Positions 27,210-36,948 of a stretch of 64,000 bases of DNA are shown piece by piece. Under the pieces are notes generated by a model that was given only the letters and a program-made list of their open reading frames with translations, was not told where the DNA came from and ran no database searches. The DNA is taken from the IMG/VR virus record IMGVR_UViG_2690316366_000001, positions 44,555 to 108,554 of that record; one strand, 5' to 3'. Positions within the stretch are counted from its first letter, which is position 1, and each line of letters begins with the position of its first letter. This DNA comes from a virus (Duplodnaviria; Caudoviricetes). The translations under genes and the position numbers were made by a program.

Positions 27210-27239
27210 AACCCGCCGCGGGAAACCTCGGCGGGTTTT
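27210..27239 (+). terminator. Intrinsic terminator-like hairpin
   Basis: AACCCGCCG-cGG-GAAA-CCt-CGGCGGGTT followed by TT. Confidence 0.6.
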
Positions 27240-27498
27240 GCGTTTCTGGCCTCGGCGCCTCGGCCTCGGCGGATGGACGCAAGGCCGCAACGTCAACCGC
27301 AACACGCCACTAGGTCGAGCTAGTGAGAGGGAAGCGCGGGAGGTTACCGCGCGCGGCGCGGGCGCCAGCGGCACCCATGCGTTAGGCCAGCGCGGCAAGG
27401 CCAGGTCGCTCCGATTGACGCGCAACGCGCCAGCGCCCGCCGCATGACGCGCGCAGCACCACGCCAGCCATCCGGACCGGCCAGCGCCTCGAGGCCAA

Positions 27499-27573
27499 GG
27501 GGTATGGGGTCGGAAAGTCTAGGAATCGACGGGACCCCCTACCGCACGGGGGCTCATTCGCACATTTTTTTTT
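27499..27573. other. Probable cos/packaging-site region
   Basis: G-rich run, GAAAGTCT, ACCGC and a T9 run immediately before terS, the pattern typical of HNH-dependent cos phages; exact cut site not determinable. Confidence 0.5.
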
Positions 27574-27631
27574 GGTCGACCGGAAATTTCATCCAGTTCG
27601 CCCAAAACGGCAAAGAAATTGGAGTTTCGGC

Positions 27632-28087
27632 ATGGCCCGAGGTCGGCCGGCGTTCAAACCGACGAAAGCGCAGCGCACGAAGGTCGAGGAGTGGATCGCG
27701 TGCGGAATGTCCCAGGATGAATGCGCTCGAGTGCTCGGGATCTCGACGCCGACGCTGGTGAAGTCCTTCCCCGAGGAGATCGCGACCGGTGTGGCCAAGA
27801 AGCGGGCCGAGGTTGTCGGGATGCTCTTCAAGCAGGCGAAGAAGGGCAATGCCACCTGCATCAAGAAACTCGAGGAGATGACCCGGGTATCGGCCGCTGC
27901 TCAGGCGATCGCCGATCTCGGCAACGCCGGTGTCGAGGTTCCGGCTGCACCACGTGCACCAGAGAAGGTTGGGAAAAAGGCGGAGCGAAAGGCCGCGGCC
28001 GAACGAGTTGCGGCATCGGGAGCGTTTCAGCCCCCTGAGCCGCCAAAGATTGGCCTTGTGATCGACAATACTGCGGTTAACGAGTAG
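27632..28087 (+). CDS. terS: Terminase small subunit
   Basis: MARGRPAFKPT N-terminus, HTH ARVLGISTPTL, GKK...AA tail; directly upstream of terL. Confidence 0.8.
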   Translation: MARGRPAFKPTKAQRTKVEEWIACGMSQDECARVLGISTPTLVKSFPEEIATGVAKKRAEVVGMLFKQAKKGNATCIKKLEEMTRVSAAAQAIADLGNAGVEVPAAPRAPEKVGKKAERKAAAERVAASGAFQPPEPPKIGLVIDNTAVNE

Positions 28088-28092
28088 CCGGC

Positions 28093-28290
28093 ATGCGCGG
28101 GCGGCAGTCCTATGAAGAGCGCCCGGGTCGCCGCATCATCACCATGCGGATCATGCGTCGCCTGCCGCACTGTCCCCTTGATCGGGCCGTCGGCATCCTA
28201 TCGCGGTGTGGCAAGCGGCGCGCTGAGCCTCTCGTGACCGGCCGGCACAAGGGGTTTCGCCTGCGTCATAGGTCCACGCGATCGCAATGA
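28093..28290 (+). CDS. Small basic hypothetical protein between terS and terL
   Basis: Fills the gap exactly, ATGA overlap with terL; weak RBS. Confidence 0.35.
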   Translation: MRGRQSYEERPGRRIITMRIMRRLPHCPLDRAVGILSRCGKRRAEPLVTGRHKGFRLRHRSTRSQ

Positions 28291-29972
28291 CCACTCCGGT
28301 TTGGTCAACCGCGTGCATCGATTGGGAACGGAGGATAGTTGCGGGTGAGGGGCTGATCGCGTTCGAGCCGCTGTTCCCGAGCGAGGCCGATGCCGCCCTC
28401 GAGGTGTTCAAGTCGCTCCGGATCTACGATCTGCCGCGGCAGCCCACCTTCGGCGAGGTCTGCGAGCCATGGGTATTCGACTTTGTCCGCGCGATCTTCG
28501 GCGCCTATGACCACGGGCAGGCGAAGCGGCTGATCCGCGAGTTCTTGCTGCTGATCAGCAAGAAGAACACGAAGTCGACGATTGCCGCCGGCATCATGGT
28601 TACCGCGCTGGTGCGGAATTGGCGGCACGGCGCCGAACTGCTGATCCTGGCGCCGACGATCGAGATCGCCAACAACTCGTTCGTGCCTGCGGCAGCCATG
28701 GTCAGGCTGCACCCCAAGCTGAGGGAACTGCTGCACGTCCAGGACAACTACCGGCAGATCACGCATCTGACCACGGATGCTGTTCTGAAGGTCGTCGCCG
28801 CCGATACCGATGTGGTCGGCGGCAAGAAAGCAGCCTTCGTCCTGGTCGACGAGCTCTGGATATTCGGCAAGCGTGCGAACGCCTCGGCGATGCTGCAGGA
28901 GGCGCTCGGCGGCCTAGTCTCGAGGCCGGAAGGTTTCGTCATTTTCCTGACGACCCAGTCAGATGCTCCCCCGACCGGCGTGTTCAAGGAGAAGCTGGAC
29001 TACTTCCGCGATGTCCGGGACGGAAAGATCGTGGATCCGACCAGCCTCGGCGTGCTGTACGAATTCCCTGCGGCGATAATCGCAGCGAAGGCCTATCTCG
29101 ATCCGTCAAATTGGCGGATCACCAACCCCAACCTCGACAAATCCGTCAGCACGGAATGGCTGCTGAGCGAATTGATCAAGGCCCAGCGCGGGAACGAGGA
29201 CGCACTCCGGACCTTCCTCGCCAAGCATCTCAACGTCGAGATCGGCATGAACCTCCGGGCCAATCGTTGGCCTGGCGCAACGCATTGGCAGAAGCGCGGC
29301 GATCAGAAGATCACGCTGCGCTACCTGTTCAAGGTCTGCGACGTCATCGTGCCCGGTATAGACGGCGGCGGGCTCGACGACCTCTTTGGGCTCAGCTTGC
29401 TGGGCCGGCACAAGATCACGAAGGACTGGCTCCTCTGGGTGCATGCGTGGTGCCACCGCGGCGTGCTCGATCTGCGGCAGTCGATCGCACCGCGCCTGCT
29501 GCAATTCGAAAAGGAGGGCGATCTCACGATCGTCGATGACGAACTCGAGGACATCTCGAAGATCGTTCGCATCATCAAGTTGGTGAAGAAGAAGCGGCTC
29601 CTGGGCGGTGTTTCGGTCGACCCTGCCGGCCTCGGCGAATTCGTTGACGCCTTGGCCGACAAGGAAATCGACATCACGGTCGAGAACAAGCTGCTCATCG
29701 GCGCCCCGCAGGGCTTCGGCATGATGAACAGCATCAAGACCTGCGAGCGCAAGCTGGTCAAAGGAACGCTGCGGCACGCGCCGAGTCCGATGATGGATTG
29801 GTGCGTCAGCAATCTGAAGATCGAGCCGACTGCCACGGCAATCAGGGCAACGAAGCAGACCGCGGGCGATGCCAAGATCGACCCCGCGATTGCGATGTTC
29901 AATTCAGCCTACCTGATGGCGACCAATCCAAAGGCTCATGGCCACGCGAAGCCGAGGGCCATGGTTCTTTGA
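28287..29972 (+). CDS. terL: Terminase large subunit
   Basis: LISKKNTKS Walker A, VLVDELW Walker B, FLTTQS, GIDGGGLDD, KIDP nuclease motifs. Confidence 0.95.
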   Translation: MTTPVWSTACIDWERRIVAGEGLIAFEPLFPSEADAALEVFKSLRIYDLPRQPTFGEVCEPWVFDFVRAIFGAYDHGQAKRLIREFLLLISKKNTKSTIAAGIMVTALVRNWRHGAELLILAPTIEIANNSFVPAAAMVRLHPKLRELLHVQDNYRQITHLTTDAVLKVVAADTDVVGGKKAAFVLVDELWIFGKRANASAMLQEALGGLVSRPEGFVIFLTTQSDAPPTGVFKEKLDYFRDVRDGKIVDPTSLGVLYEFPAAIIAAKAYLDPSNWRITNPNLDKSVSTEWLLSELIKAQRGNEDALRTFLAKHLNVEIGMNLRANRWPGATHWQKRGDQKITLRYLFKVCDVIVPGIDGGGLDDLFGLSLLGRHKITKDWLLWVHAWCHRGVLDLRQSIAPRLLQFEKEGDLTIVDDELEDISKIVRIIKLVKKKRLLGGVSVDPAGLGEFVDALADKEIDITVENKLLIGAPQGFGMMNSIKTCERKLVKGTLRHAPSPMMDWCVSNLKIEPTATAIRATKQTAGDAKIDPAIAMFNSAYLMATNPKAHGHAKPRAMVL

Positions 29973-29980
29973 GGGTCTGA

Positions 29981-31273
29981 ATGGGCATCTTCGATATCTT
30001 CAGATCCCGTGGCGGCGTTCCGGTGGAGCAGCGGCGCGAGCCGCGGGTCATGGCCTCCGCCGAGGTTTCGTCGATCGCGGACCTCGATGATCCGCGTATC
30101 CAGGAATATCTGCGCGGCCGCGGTTTCGGCAGCGAGGCCGGCGCGCCGGTGAACCCGCACTCCGCGTTGAAGGTGGCCACCGCTTTTCGCTGCGCGGCCA
30201 TCATCAATGGTGCCATCGCGACGCTGCCGATGGACATCAAGCGGCGGACCGGCAACACCCGCGTCGATGCCAACGATGCCATCATCTGGGACGTGCTGAA
30301 GACGAAGCCGAACCCCTGGCAGACGCCGAGCGAATTCAAGCGCCTCATGCAGATGATGGTGCTGATGCGCGGCAATGGCTATGCGCTGATCGTGAGAGGA
30401 GCGTTTGGCAAGATCAAGTGGCTGATCCCGCTGGTCGGCGCGATGCAGGTCAAGCAGAACACCGACTTCACGCTGACCTATACGTACACTCGGCCGGATG
30501 GTGCACAGATCACGATTGCGCAAGAGGACATCCTTCACCTCCGCGGCATGTCGTTGGACGGCATCAACGGGCTTTCGGTTCTCGGTTTCGCTCGCGAGAC
30601 GATCGGCATCTCGATCCAGTCGGAGAAGCACCTGGCCAAGGTGTTCAAGAACGGCACTTCCGTGGGGACCGTTCTCTCAACCGCCGGCGAGGTTGACGAC
30701 AGGGAAAGGTTGAAGGCTGATCTTGAGGAGTACCGTGGTGCGGAGAACGCGCACAAGACCCTCATCCTCGAGGGTGGTCTGAAATGGGAAAAGGTCGACC
30801 TCAGCAACCTTGATCTCCAGTTCATCCAGAACCGTGAGATCACGGCGACCGAGATCTGCATGTTCTTCGGAGTGCCGCCGTTCATGGTCGGTCTGACCAC
30901 GAAGCAAACGTCGTGGGGCTCCGGCGTTGAACAGATGGGTATCGGGTTCGTGGCCTATACGCTTCAGGACTGGTTCACGATGTGGCAGGACGCGATCAAG
31001 CGCGATCTGCAGCCGCCGGATGACCCAACCCTTTACGTGCGGATCAATCCGTCGGGATTGTTGCGGGCCGACATCAAGACGCGAGTGCTGTCGTATGCCG
31101 TCGGTCGCCAATGGGGCTGGTGGTCTGCCGACGACGTACGCGAGATGGAAGACGAGAACCCGCTGCCCGACGGCATCGGCCAGACATACCTGCAGGCGGT
31201 CAACATGCAGGACGCCAGCAAGGCGACGGCCGATCTGGCCGCGCACGATCCAAACGCTCCGACATCCAAGTAA
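29981..31273 (+). CDS. HK97-family portal protein
   Basis: KPNPWQT, GNGYA, ILHLRG...DGINGLS, ILEGGL, FGVPP. Confidence 0.95.
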   Translation: MGIFDIFRSRGGVPVEQRREPRVMASAEVSSIADLDDPRIQEYLRGRGFGSEAGAPVNPHSALKVATAFRCAAIINGAIATLPMDIKRRTGNTRVDANDAIIWDVLKTKPNPWQTPSEFKRLMQMMVLMRGNGYALIVRGAFGKIKWLIPLVGAMQVKQNTDFTLTYTYTRPDGAQITIAQEDILHLRGMSLDGINGLSVLGFARETIGISIQSEKHLAKVFKNGTSVGTVLSTAGEVDDRERLKADLEEYRGAENAHKTLILEGGLKWEKVDLSNLDLQFIQNREITATEICMFFGVPPFMVGLTTKQTSWGSGVEQMGIGFVAYTLQDWFTMWQDAIKRDLQPPDDPTLYVRINPSGLLRADIKTRVLSYAVGRQWGWWSADDVREMEDENPLPDGIGQTYLQAVNMQDASKATADLAAHDPNAPTSK

Positions 31274-31288
31274 TTGACGAGAGGGCAC

Positions 31289-32692
31289 ATGGCTGATCTC
31301 AATCGCGCCGGCCGCGCGTTCGCGCGCGACCTTATCGCCGGTGACAACATCGATCGGGACTCGGCGTGGTCGTTCACTGCCGATGATGGCAATACGCTGC
31401 TCGGCGACGCTGGCTCCGACTGGGCGAATTACGGCAAGCATCATCTCGGTATCGACACGACCGAGAACTTCGACACCAAGGACCATTGGAAGTACCCGTT
31501 CGCTAAAGACGGCAAGATCTATCGGAGCGCCCTGGTCGCGATCCGGCAGCGGTCGAGCTCGCAAAAGGACAAGGTAGTCTATGATGCAGCCGGCGCGCTC
31601 CTCGACGAGATCGACGGCGACACTGACTCGAGCCAGGCTGATGCCGGCAAGGGCCCGAACGCCGGTGGTGGGGTGATCACCGTAGCGAACCGGCCCCCGC
31701 GCATTGAGGTGCAGCCGCGCTCGGACCTTGCATCGTCAGCGCCGGCGAGTCCTGATTGCTTCTCGCGCTGGAATCCCGGCATCCGCGCCGCGACCGCAGA
31801 CGAACCGAACGTCATCGAGATGTTCGACGTGATTGGATACGACTTCTGGAGCGGCGGCGGGATCACCGCGGAGTCAGTTTCCAGCCAGTTGAAGAGCTTC
31901 AGCGGCCAGCCGGTCGAGGTGCAGATCAATTCGCCCGGCGGCGATATGTTCGAGGGCATCGCGATCTACAACCTGCTGAATCAGTATCCCGGCAAGGTCA
32001 CGGTCAAAGTGATGGCGCTCGCGGCAAGTGCGGCCTCGGTGATCGCCATGGCCGGCGATGACGTCCAGATCGGGCAGGGCGCCTTCATCATGATCCACAA
32101 CTGCTGGGTCATGGCGATCGGCAACCGCAACGATATGCGTGAAGTCGCGGACTATCTCGAACCGTTTGACCAGGCGCTGTGCGACATCTACGTCGCCCGG
32201 ACCAGCATGAAGGCGAACGACGTCGCCACCTATATGGACGACGAGACGTTCATCGGCGCGCAGCAGGCGATCGACGAGGGCTTTGCAGACACCCTCCTGT
32301 CGCAGGAGAAGATCAAGGAAGACAAGAAGGCCGCCGCAAGCTCGAAGTCCAAGATTGCTGCCCTTCACATTGAAGCTGCCCTGGTTCGCCGCGGGCACGT
32401 CCCCGCGGCACAGGCGCGCAGCATGATTGTGAATGCGGCCGGTGCCGGCGCCGACGGTACGCCGGCAGTCCGTGAGATCGAGAAGATCCTGACCCGGAAC
32501 GATGGCGAGCATGAAGGCATGTCTCGCGGCACGTTCCGTGCGCTCATCCGAGATTTGAAGAGCGGCACGCCTGCGGCGGCCGCCAATCAAAGTGACGTCA
32601 TGCCTGGCGCTGATGTCGGGTCCAAGCCTGGCGCTGGACAAGCCGAACTGCTGACGGCGATCGCCGCCTTCAGGCAGGTCGCGAAGTCGTAA
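31289..32692 (+). CDS. ClpP-like (S14/S49) prohead protease with an extra N-terminal domain
   Basis: INSPGGDMFEGIAIYN, ALAASAASVIAMAG, MIHN, DETF, GFAD. Confidence 0.9.
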   Translation: MADLNRAGRAFARDLIAGDNIDRDSAWSFTADDGNTLLGDAGSDWANYGKHHLGIDTTENFDTKDHWKYPFAKDGKIYRSALVAIRQRSSSQKDKVVYDAAGALLDEIDGDTDSSQADAGKGPNAGGGVITVANRPPRIEVQPRSDLASSAPASPDCFSRWNPGIRAATADEPNVIEMFDVIGYDFWSGGGITAESVSSQLKSFSGQPVEVQINSPGGDMFEGIAIYNLLNQYPGKVTVKVMALAASAASVIAMAGDDVQIGQGAFIMIHNCWVMAIGNRNDMREVADYLEPFDQALCDIYVARTSMKANDVATYMDDETFIGAQQAIDEGFADTLLSQEKIKEDKKAAASSKSKIAALHIEAALVRRGHVPAAQARSMIVNAAGAGADGTPAVREIEKILTRNDGEHEGMSRGTFRALIRDLKSGTPAAAANQSDVMPGADVGSKPGAGQAELLTAIAAFRQVAKS

Positions 32693-32728
32693 CGCTCAAC
32701 GCAATCCATCCAATCGGAGAATTTGGCC

Positions 32729-34141
32729 ATGACGCGCCATTTCGCGCCGCGCAGCCTGCTGTCTGCTGCGCCTCGTGCACTCATGCTCCCGGGAGTCCGC
32801 GCCGACGTAAGTCCGGCCGAGCTCGTCCAGGGGCTCACCAAGGATCTGGGCGACTTCAAGTCGGCTCAAGTCGAAGCCATGAAGCAGCTCGAGAAGGTCG
32901 TGAACGACTTCCGTGCTGCCAACGACACGTCGTTGAAGGCGAAGGTCGACGATGCCGTGATGACCGAGCAGGTCAACCGCATCAACGCCGCGATCGACGA
33001 GGGCGTGAAGCAGCAGAAGGATATCGGCGCCAAGATCGACAAGATCACCGCTGAGATCGAGAAGCTGACCGAGAAGCAGGCGTCCCTGACCGTTCTGGGC
33101 AATGGCACCAAGGCGAGCAAGGATCCGCGCACGTCGAACCCGAACTTGCCGGAGTACGCGAAGGCGTTCAACCGGTACTTCCGCCGCGGCGAGAATGCCG
33201 TGGAAGGTGGCGCCTCGGCGCTGCGCGACCTCGAGGTGAAGGCCGCGATGTCCGTCGGCTCCGATCCGGATGGTGGCTACACCGTCCTGCCGGAGATCGA
33301 GCAGACCATCGACGAGGTCGTCCAGCAGATCTCGCCGATGCGCGATCTCGCGACCGTCATGACGATCGGCACCTCGGAGTACCGCAAGCTGGTCAACCAG
33401 CACGGCACCGCCTCGGGCTGGGTCGGTGAGGTGGACTCGCGTCCGCAGACGGCCGGCTCGAACCTGAGCGAGCTGAAGTTCCCGATCATGGAGATGTATG
33501 CCATGCCGGCAGCGTCCCAGAGCCTGCTCGACGACTCGTTCGTCGACATCGGCGCCTGGATCGCCGGTGAGGTGCAGCTCGAGTTCGCCCGCCAGGAAGG
33601 CAACGCCTTCGTGGTCGGCGACGGCCAGAACAAGCCGAATGGCATCGTCGGTGGCTACCAGACCGTGGCCAACAACGCCTATGCCTGGGGCAAGATCGGC
33701 TTCGTGACCACCGGCGCCGCCGGCGCCTTCGCGAACGCCAACCCGGCCGACTGCTTGGTCGACCTCCTGCACTCGGTGAAGAGCCCGTACCGCATCAATT
33801 CGACCTTCGTGGCGAACCGCGGCACGCTCGGCGCGATCCGGAAGCTGAAGGACGGCCAGGGCAACTACCTCCTGAACATGGTCCTTCGTCAGGAGGGCTT
33901 CATCGAGGAGATCCTCGGTCGTCCCGCGGTCGAGATGCCTGACATGCCGGACATGGGCGCGAACTCGCTCTCGGTCGCTTACGGCGATTTCAAGCGCGCC
34001 TATCTGATCATCGACCGGATCGGCATCCGCGTCCTGCGCGACCCGTACACCGCCAAGCCCTACGTGCTGTTCTACACGACCAAGCGCGTCGGCGGTGGCG
34101 TGCAGAACTTCGAGGCGTTCAAGCTCCTGAAGTTCGCGTAA
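32729..34141 (+). CDS. HK97-fold major capsid protein
   Basis: Coiled-coil delta domain, DGGYTV, GWVGE, GDGQNKPNG, GDFKRAY, KRVGGG. Confidence 0.95.
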   Translation: MTRHFAPRSLLSAAPRALMLPGVRADVSPAELVQGLTKDLGDFKSAQVEAMKQLEKVVNDFRAANDTSLKAKVDDAVMTEQVNRINAAIDEGVKQQKDIGAKIDKITAEIEKLTEKQASLTVLGNGTKASKDPRTSNPNLPEYAKAFNRYFRRGENAVEGGASALRDLEVKAAMSVGSDPDGGYTVLPEIEQTIDEVVQQISPMRDLATVMTIGTSEYRKLVNQHGTASGWVGEVDSRPQTAGSNLSELKFPIMEMYAMPAASQSLLDDSFVDIGAWIAGEVQLEFARQEGNAFVVGDGQNKPNGIVGGYQTVANNAYAWGKIGFVTTGAAGAFANANPADCLVDLLHSVKSPYRINSTFVANRGTLGAIRKLKDGQGNYLLNMVLRQEGFIEEILGRPAVEMPDMPDMGANSLSVAYGDFKRAYLIIDRIGIRVLRDPYTAKPYVLFYTTKRVGGGVQNFEAFKLLKFA

Positions 34142-34237
34142 GCGCGCTCCGAGCCACGTTCGCAAGCGCGGCTCGGCCAACGCCGGGCCGCGGCACCTTC
34201 CCCCCAATTTCCTCAACCTTCAGAAGGGACCTGCGCT

Positions 34238-34633
34238 ATGAAGCGTGATCTCCGGAGCAACGTTGACGTTGCTCAGACTCTTGCGCCGGCGGCCCGTGTG
34301 AACGGCACCGCAAACGGCGTAACCGTCGACCTCCAGGGCTACGAGAGCGCGATGTTTGCGTTCGAGGCCGGTGCATGGACCGACGGCTCGCACACCCCGT
34401 CGATCCAGCACAGTGATGACGGCACGACCTTCGTTGCCGCCGCAGCCCCGGACATCCAGGGCGCATTCGCTCCGGTTACCAGCGGCACCGGCCAGAATGC
34501 CGTGCAGCGCGTCGGCTATGTCGGCAGCAAGCGCTACGTCCGCGGATCGGTCCTCACGTCCGGCGCGACCACCGGCCTGGTGCAGTCGATGGCCGTCGTC
34601 CGCTCGCGGGCCCGTGTGTCGCCGCTTCCGTAA
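34238..34633 (+). CDS. Putative capsid decoration protein
   Basis: VDLQGY, QHSDDG, GYVGSKRYVR; immediately after the capsid gene. Confidence 0.6.
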   Translation: MKRDLRSNVDVAQTLAPAARVNGTANGVTVDLQGYESAMFAFEAGAWTDGSHTPSIQHSDDGTTFVAAAAPDIQGAFAPVTSGTGQNAVQRVGYVGSKRYVRGSVLTSGATTGLVQSMAVVRSRARVSPLP

Positions 34634-34720
34634 CCGAATGCAGAGTGATCAGGTGCGGCCCCGTATCCATGACGGCGCCGCAGCCTGTGAGCCGGTGTTC
34701 AACATTTAGGGAGACCTGCC

Positions 34721-35224
34721 ATGAGCGCGGTAGTCGTGACGCCGTTTCCTGGCGTCAAGGATGGCGAGACCAATCCAACCCATTTCGTCGAGGGAGACGT
34801 GATTGATGGGGACCTCGCTGAGACCGCCTTGAGGTATGGCCTAGCGGTCCAGGAGGGGAGCGAAGGGGCCGATACCGCCGGTGCTGGCGATGGCGGCGGA
34901 AAGGTGATCGTCGTCGATGGCCAGGTCGAGATCCCGGAGAACTGGCCGAAACTGAAATGGTTTGCCCTGAAGGCCTTGGCCGAGAAGATCCTCGGCAAGC
35001 CCGTGGCAGGAACCGATGAGGCCCGCAACGTCGTGCAGGCGGAGGTCGACCGGCGCGCGAATCCCGAGACGTCGGAAGCGGGCGCGGCTGGTGCTGGCGG
35101 CGATGTGGCGCCCGTCGGTCAAGAGGAAGGTGGTGAAAGCCAGGCTGGTGCCGGAAGCGCGCAGGCCGATGCCGGTGGCAAGCCTGTCGCCGGCACGGAT
35201 GCCGGCGCTGCCACGGCCGGCTGA
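34721..35224 (+). CDS. Hypothetical head-associated protein
   Basis: AGGAG RBS; position in the head module. Confidence 0.6.
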   Translation: MSAVVVTPFPGVKDGETNPTHFVEGDVIDGDLAETALRYGLAVQEGSEGADTAGAGDGGGKVIVVDGQVEIPENWPKLKWFALKALAEKILGKPVAGTDEARNVVQAEVDRRANPETSEAGAAGAGGDVAPVGQEEGGESQAGAGSAQADAGGKPVAGTDAGAATAG

Positions 35225-35255
35225 TATCTGGATCGGCTGCGACGGCGAGGCGTAG

Positions 35256-35915
35256 ATGCTCAGCACCATCGTTCGCGCCGTCGCGGCGACCACAACAAGC
35301 TTGACCACGCGAGACCGCGTCAAGAGCGACCTCAAAATCACTGGAACAGCCGAGGACGCATATATTGACGAGGCGATCGCGCGCGTTTCGGCGCTGATCT
35401 GCTCGTACCTCAAGGTGCCGATGGCCGATGACGGATCCCGTACCCTAGCGTCCGAGGATCTCGTCCAGACCTTTCGGTTTCGCCACCACGACCATCATCG
35501 GGAGAGCTTGGTCCTGGCCCGCAAGCCGGTCACCGCGGTGGCGTACGTCAAGATCAACGATGTCGAGATCGACCAGGACGACTATGAACTGATCGGCCGA
35601 AGCGGCATCCTTTATCGGCTTCGCTTCGGACATCCAAGTCATTGGCCGTGCCGCGGCAAGGTCGAGGTACGCAGCACCGCCGGTTGGCTCCTGCCCAACG
35701 ACACCGGACAGTCGACATTGCCGTCGGATATCGAGGGCGTCGCTGTGGACCTGATCAAGGCCGCGCGCGAGGCGCGGACACGGGATCCGATGGTCAAGTC
35801 GGTTGCGGTGGTCGATGTCGACCAAGTCGACTACTGGGTCGGCAATATCGGGCAGGGGCCATTCCCGCCGGATATCGAAGCCAAGCTCGAAGCCTACAGG
35901 TATCGATCGCTGTGA
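35256..35915 (+). CDS. Head-tail connector (gp6-like adaptor)
   Basis: VKSDLKI...EDAYI...I...S..ICSY, TAGW...LPSDI; synteny. Confidence 0.75.
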   Translation: MLSTIVRAVAATTTSLTTRDRVKSDLKITGTAEDAYIDEAIARVSALICSYLKVPMADDGSRTLASEDLVQTFRFRHHDHHRESLVLARKPVTAVAYVKINDVEIDQDDYELIGRSGILYRLRFGHPSHWPCRGKVEVRSTAGWLLPNDTGQSTLPSDIEGVAVDLIKAAREARTRDPMVKSVAVVDVDQVDYWVGNIGQGPFPPDIEAKLEAYRYRSL

Positions 35916-36292
35916 GCGAATACACCGATCGGCAGGATGCCTCCCTCGCGGCTCGAGGCGAAAACATCCTTTTGCGCCGAACCATCGGCGCGAGTAGGGA
36001 TGAGGTCGGGATTCCAGCGCACGTCCGCAGCTATCGGATGAATGCCGACGAACTCGCCAGGGGAATCTACAAGCAGCCGTACGTCGTCATCATCACGCTG
36101 ACGCAGATCACGGCAGCGGGGTGGCCGGAGCATGCATCGGCGGCTGCTGCGGCGCCATTCGATGTCGACCCACGCATTCCAGTGATCGGCGACGTCACCA
36201 TCATCAAGGGCAGCGCCAAAACAGTGAAGGCAGTCGATCCGGTTGCGGTCGACGACGAAGTCGTCCGCGTCAAGATGATCGTCGATGGTTAG
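35912..36292 (+). CDS. Putative head closure protein
   Basis: GTGA overlap; synteny after the adaptor. Confidence 0.6.
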   Translation: MSEYTDRQDASLAARGENILLRRTIGASRDEVGIPAHVRSYRMNADELARGIYKQPYVVIITLTQITAAGWPEHASAAAAAPFDVDPRIPVIGDVTIIKGSAKTVKAVDPVAVDDEVVRVKMIVDG

Positions 36293-36294
36293 AG

Positions 36295-36948
36295 ATGGCC
36301 CGCATCTCGACCTTCGAGCGCGATCTGAAACTCGCCACGGCGGGGATGGCGCCAGAGAACATCGCAAAGGAGTTGGCCGCATTCGCGAGGCAGGAACTGG
36401 CGGCCGTCATTCAATCCGGAGAGGGATCTGAGCGCTACGATCGCTACGTGAACGGAAATCTCGGCGCCGCGGAGGAAACAGTCGTTCCGCCGGGCCCGAT
36501 CCTCTACGTCTTCCATTGGTGGCGTGAGATCGTCGAGTTCGCGCTGCAAACCGCAGTCGAGCGGTCGCCTGAGAAGTCGGGCCGTTACAAGCGGGCTTGG
36601 TTCATCATGACGCCAGGTGGCGTCGTGAAGAGCTTCGACGAGATCCCGATCAACTCGACGGTCATCCTGACCAACAACCAGCCCTACAGCCGGAAAATCG
36701 ACGTCGGTCACATGCTGATGTCGGTGCCGCCCGGTGTTGTTGAAGATGTCCGCAAGGCGGTTATGGCGAGATTTGGCAACTTCGTCACGGCGAAGCGCAC
36801 GATGATCACGTTGCCAGGTGGCTACATCCTCAAAGGGCACTTTCGCCGCGGCTATCGACCGTTCGCGCGGACAAAGCTGCGGAAAGACACTATGGCGGGA
36901 GCGCAGATGACGTATCCGGCGCTCGTTCTGACGATGAAGGTCTCCTGA
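36295..36948 (+). CDS. Putative neck/tail completion protein
   Basis: RSPEKSGRYKRAW and NNQPYSRKI motifs; synteny. Confidence 0.7.
   Translation: MARISTFERDLKLATAGMAPENIAKELAAFARQELAAVIQSGEGSERYDRYVNGNLGAAEETVVPPGPILYVFHWWREIVEFALQTAVERSPEKSGRYKRAWFIMTPGGVVKSFDEIPINSTVILTNNQPYSRKIDVGHMLMSVPPGVVEDVRKAVMARFGNFVTAKRTMITLPGGYILKGHFRRGYRPFARTKLRKDTMAGAQMTYPALVLTMKVS

Noticed and set aside
27168-27761. Short ORFs across the island/terS junction (27168-27425, 27196-27447, 27444-27761)
   Set aside because: Low-complexity Arg/Ala/Pro translations overlapping a terminator and the probable cos region; likely non-coding.
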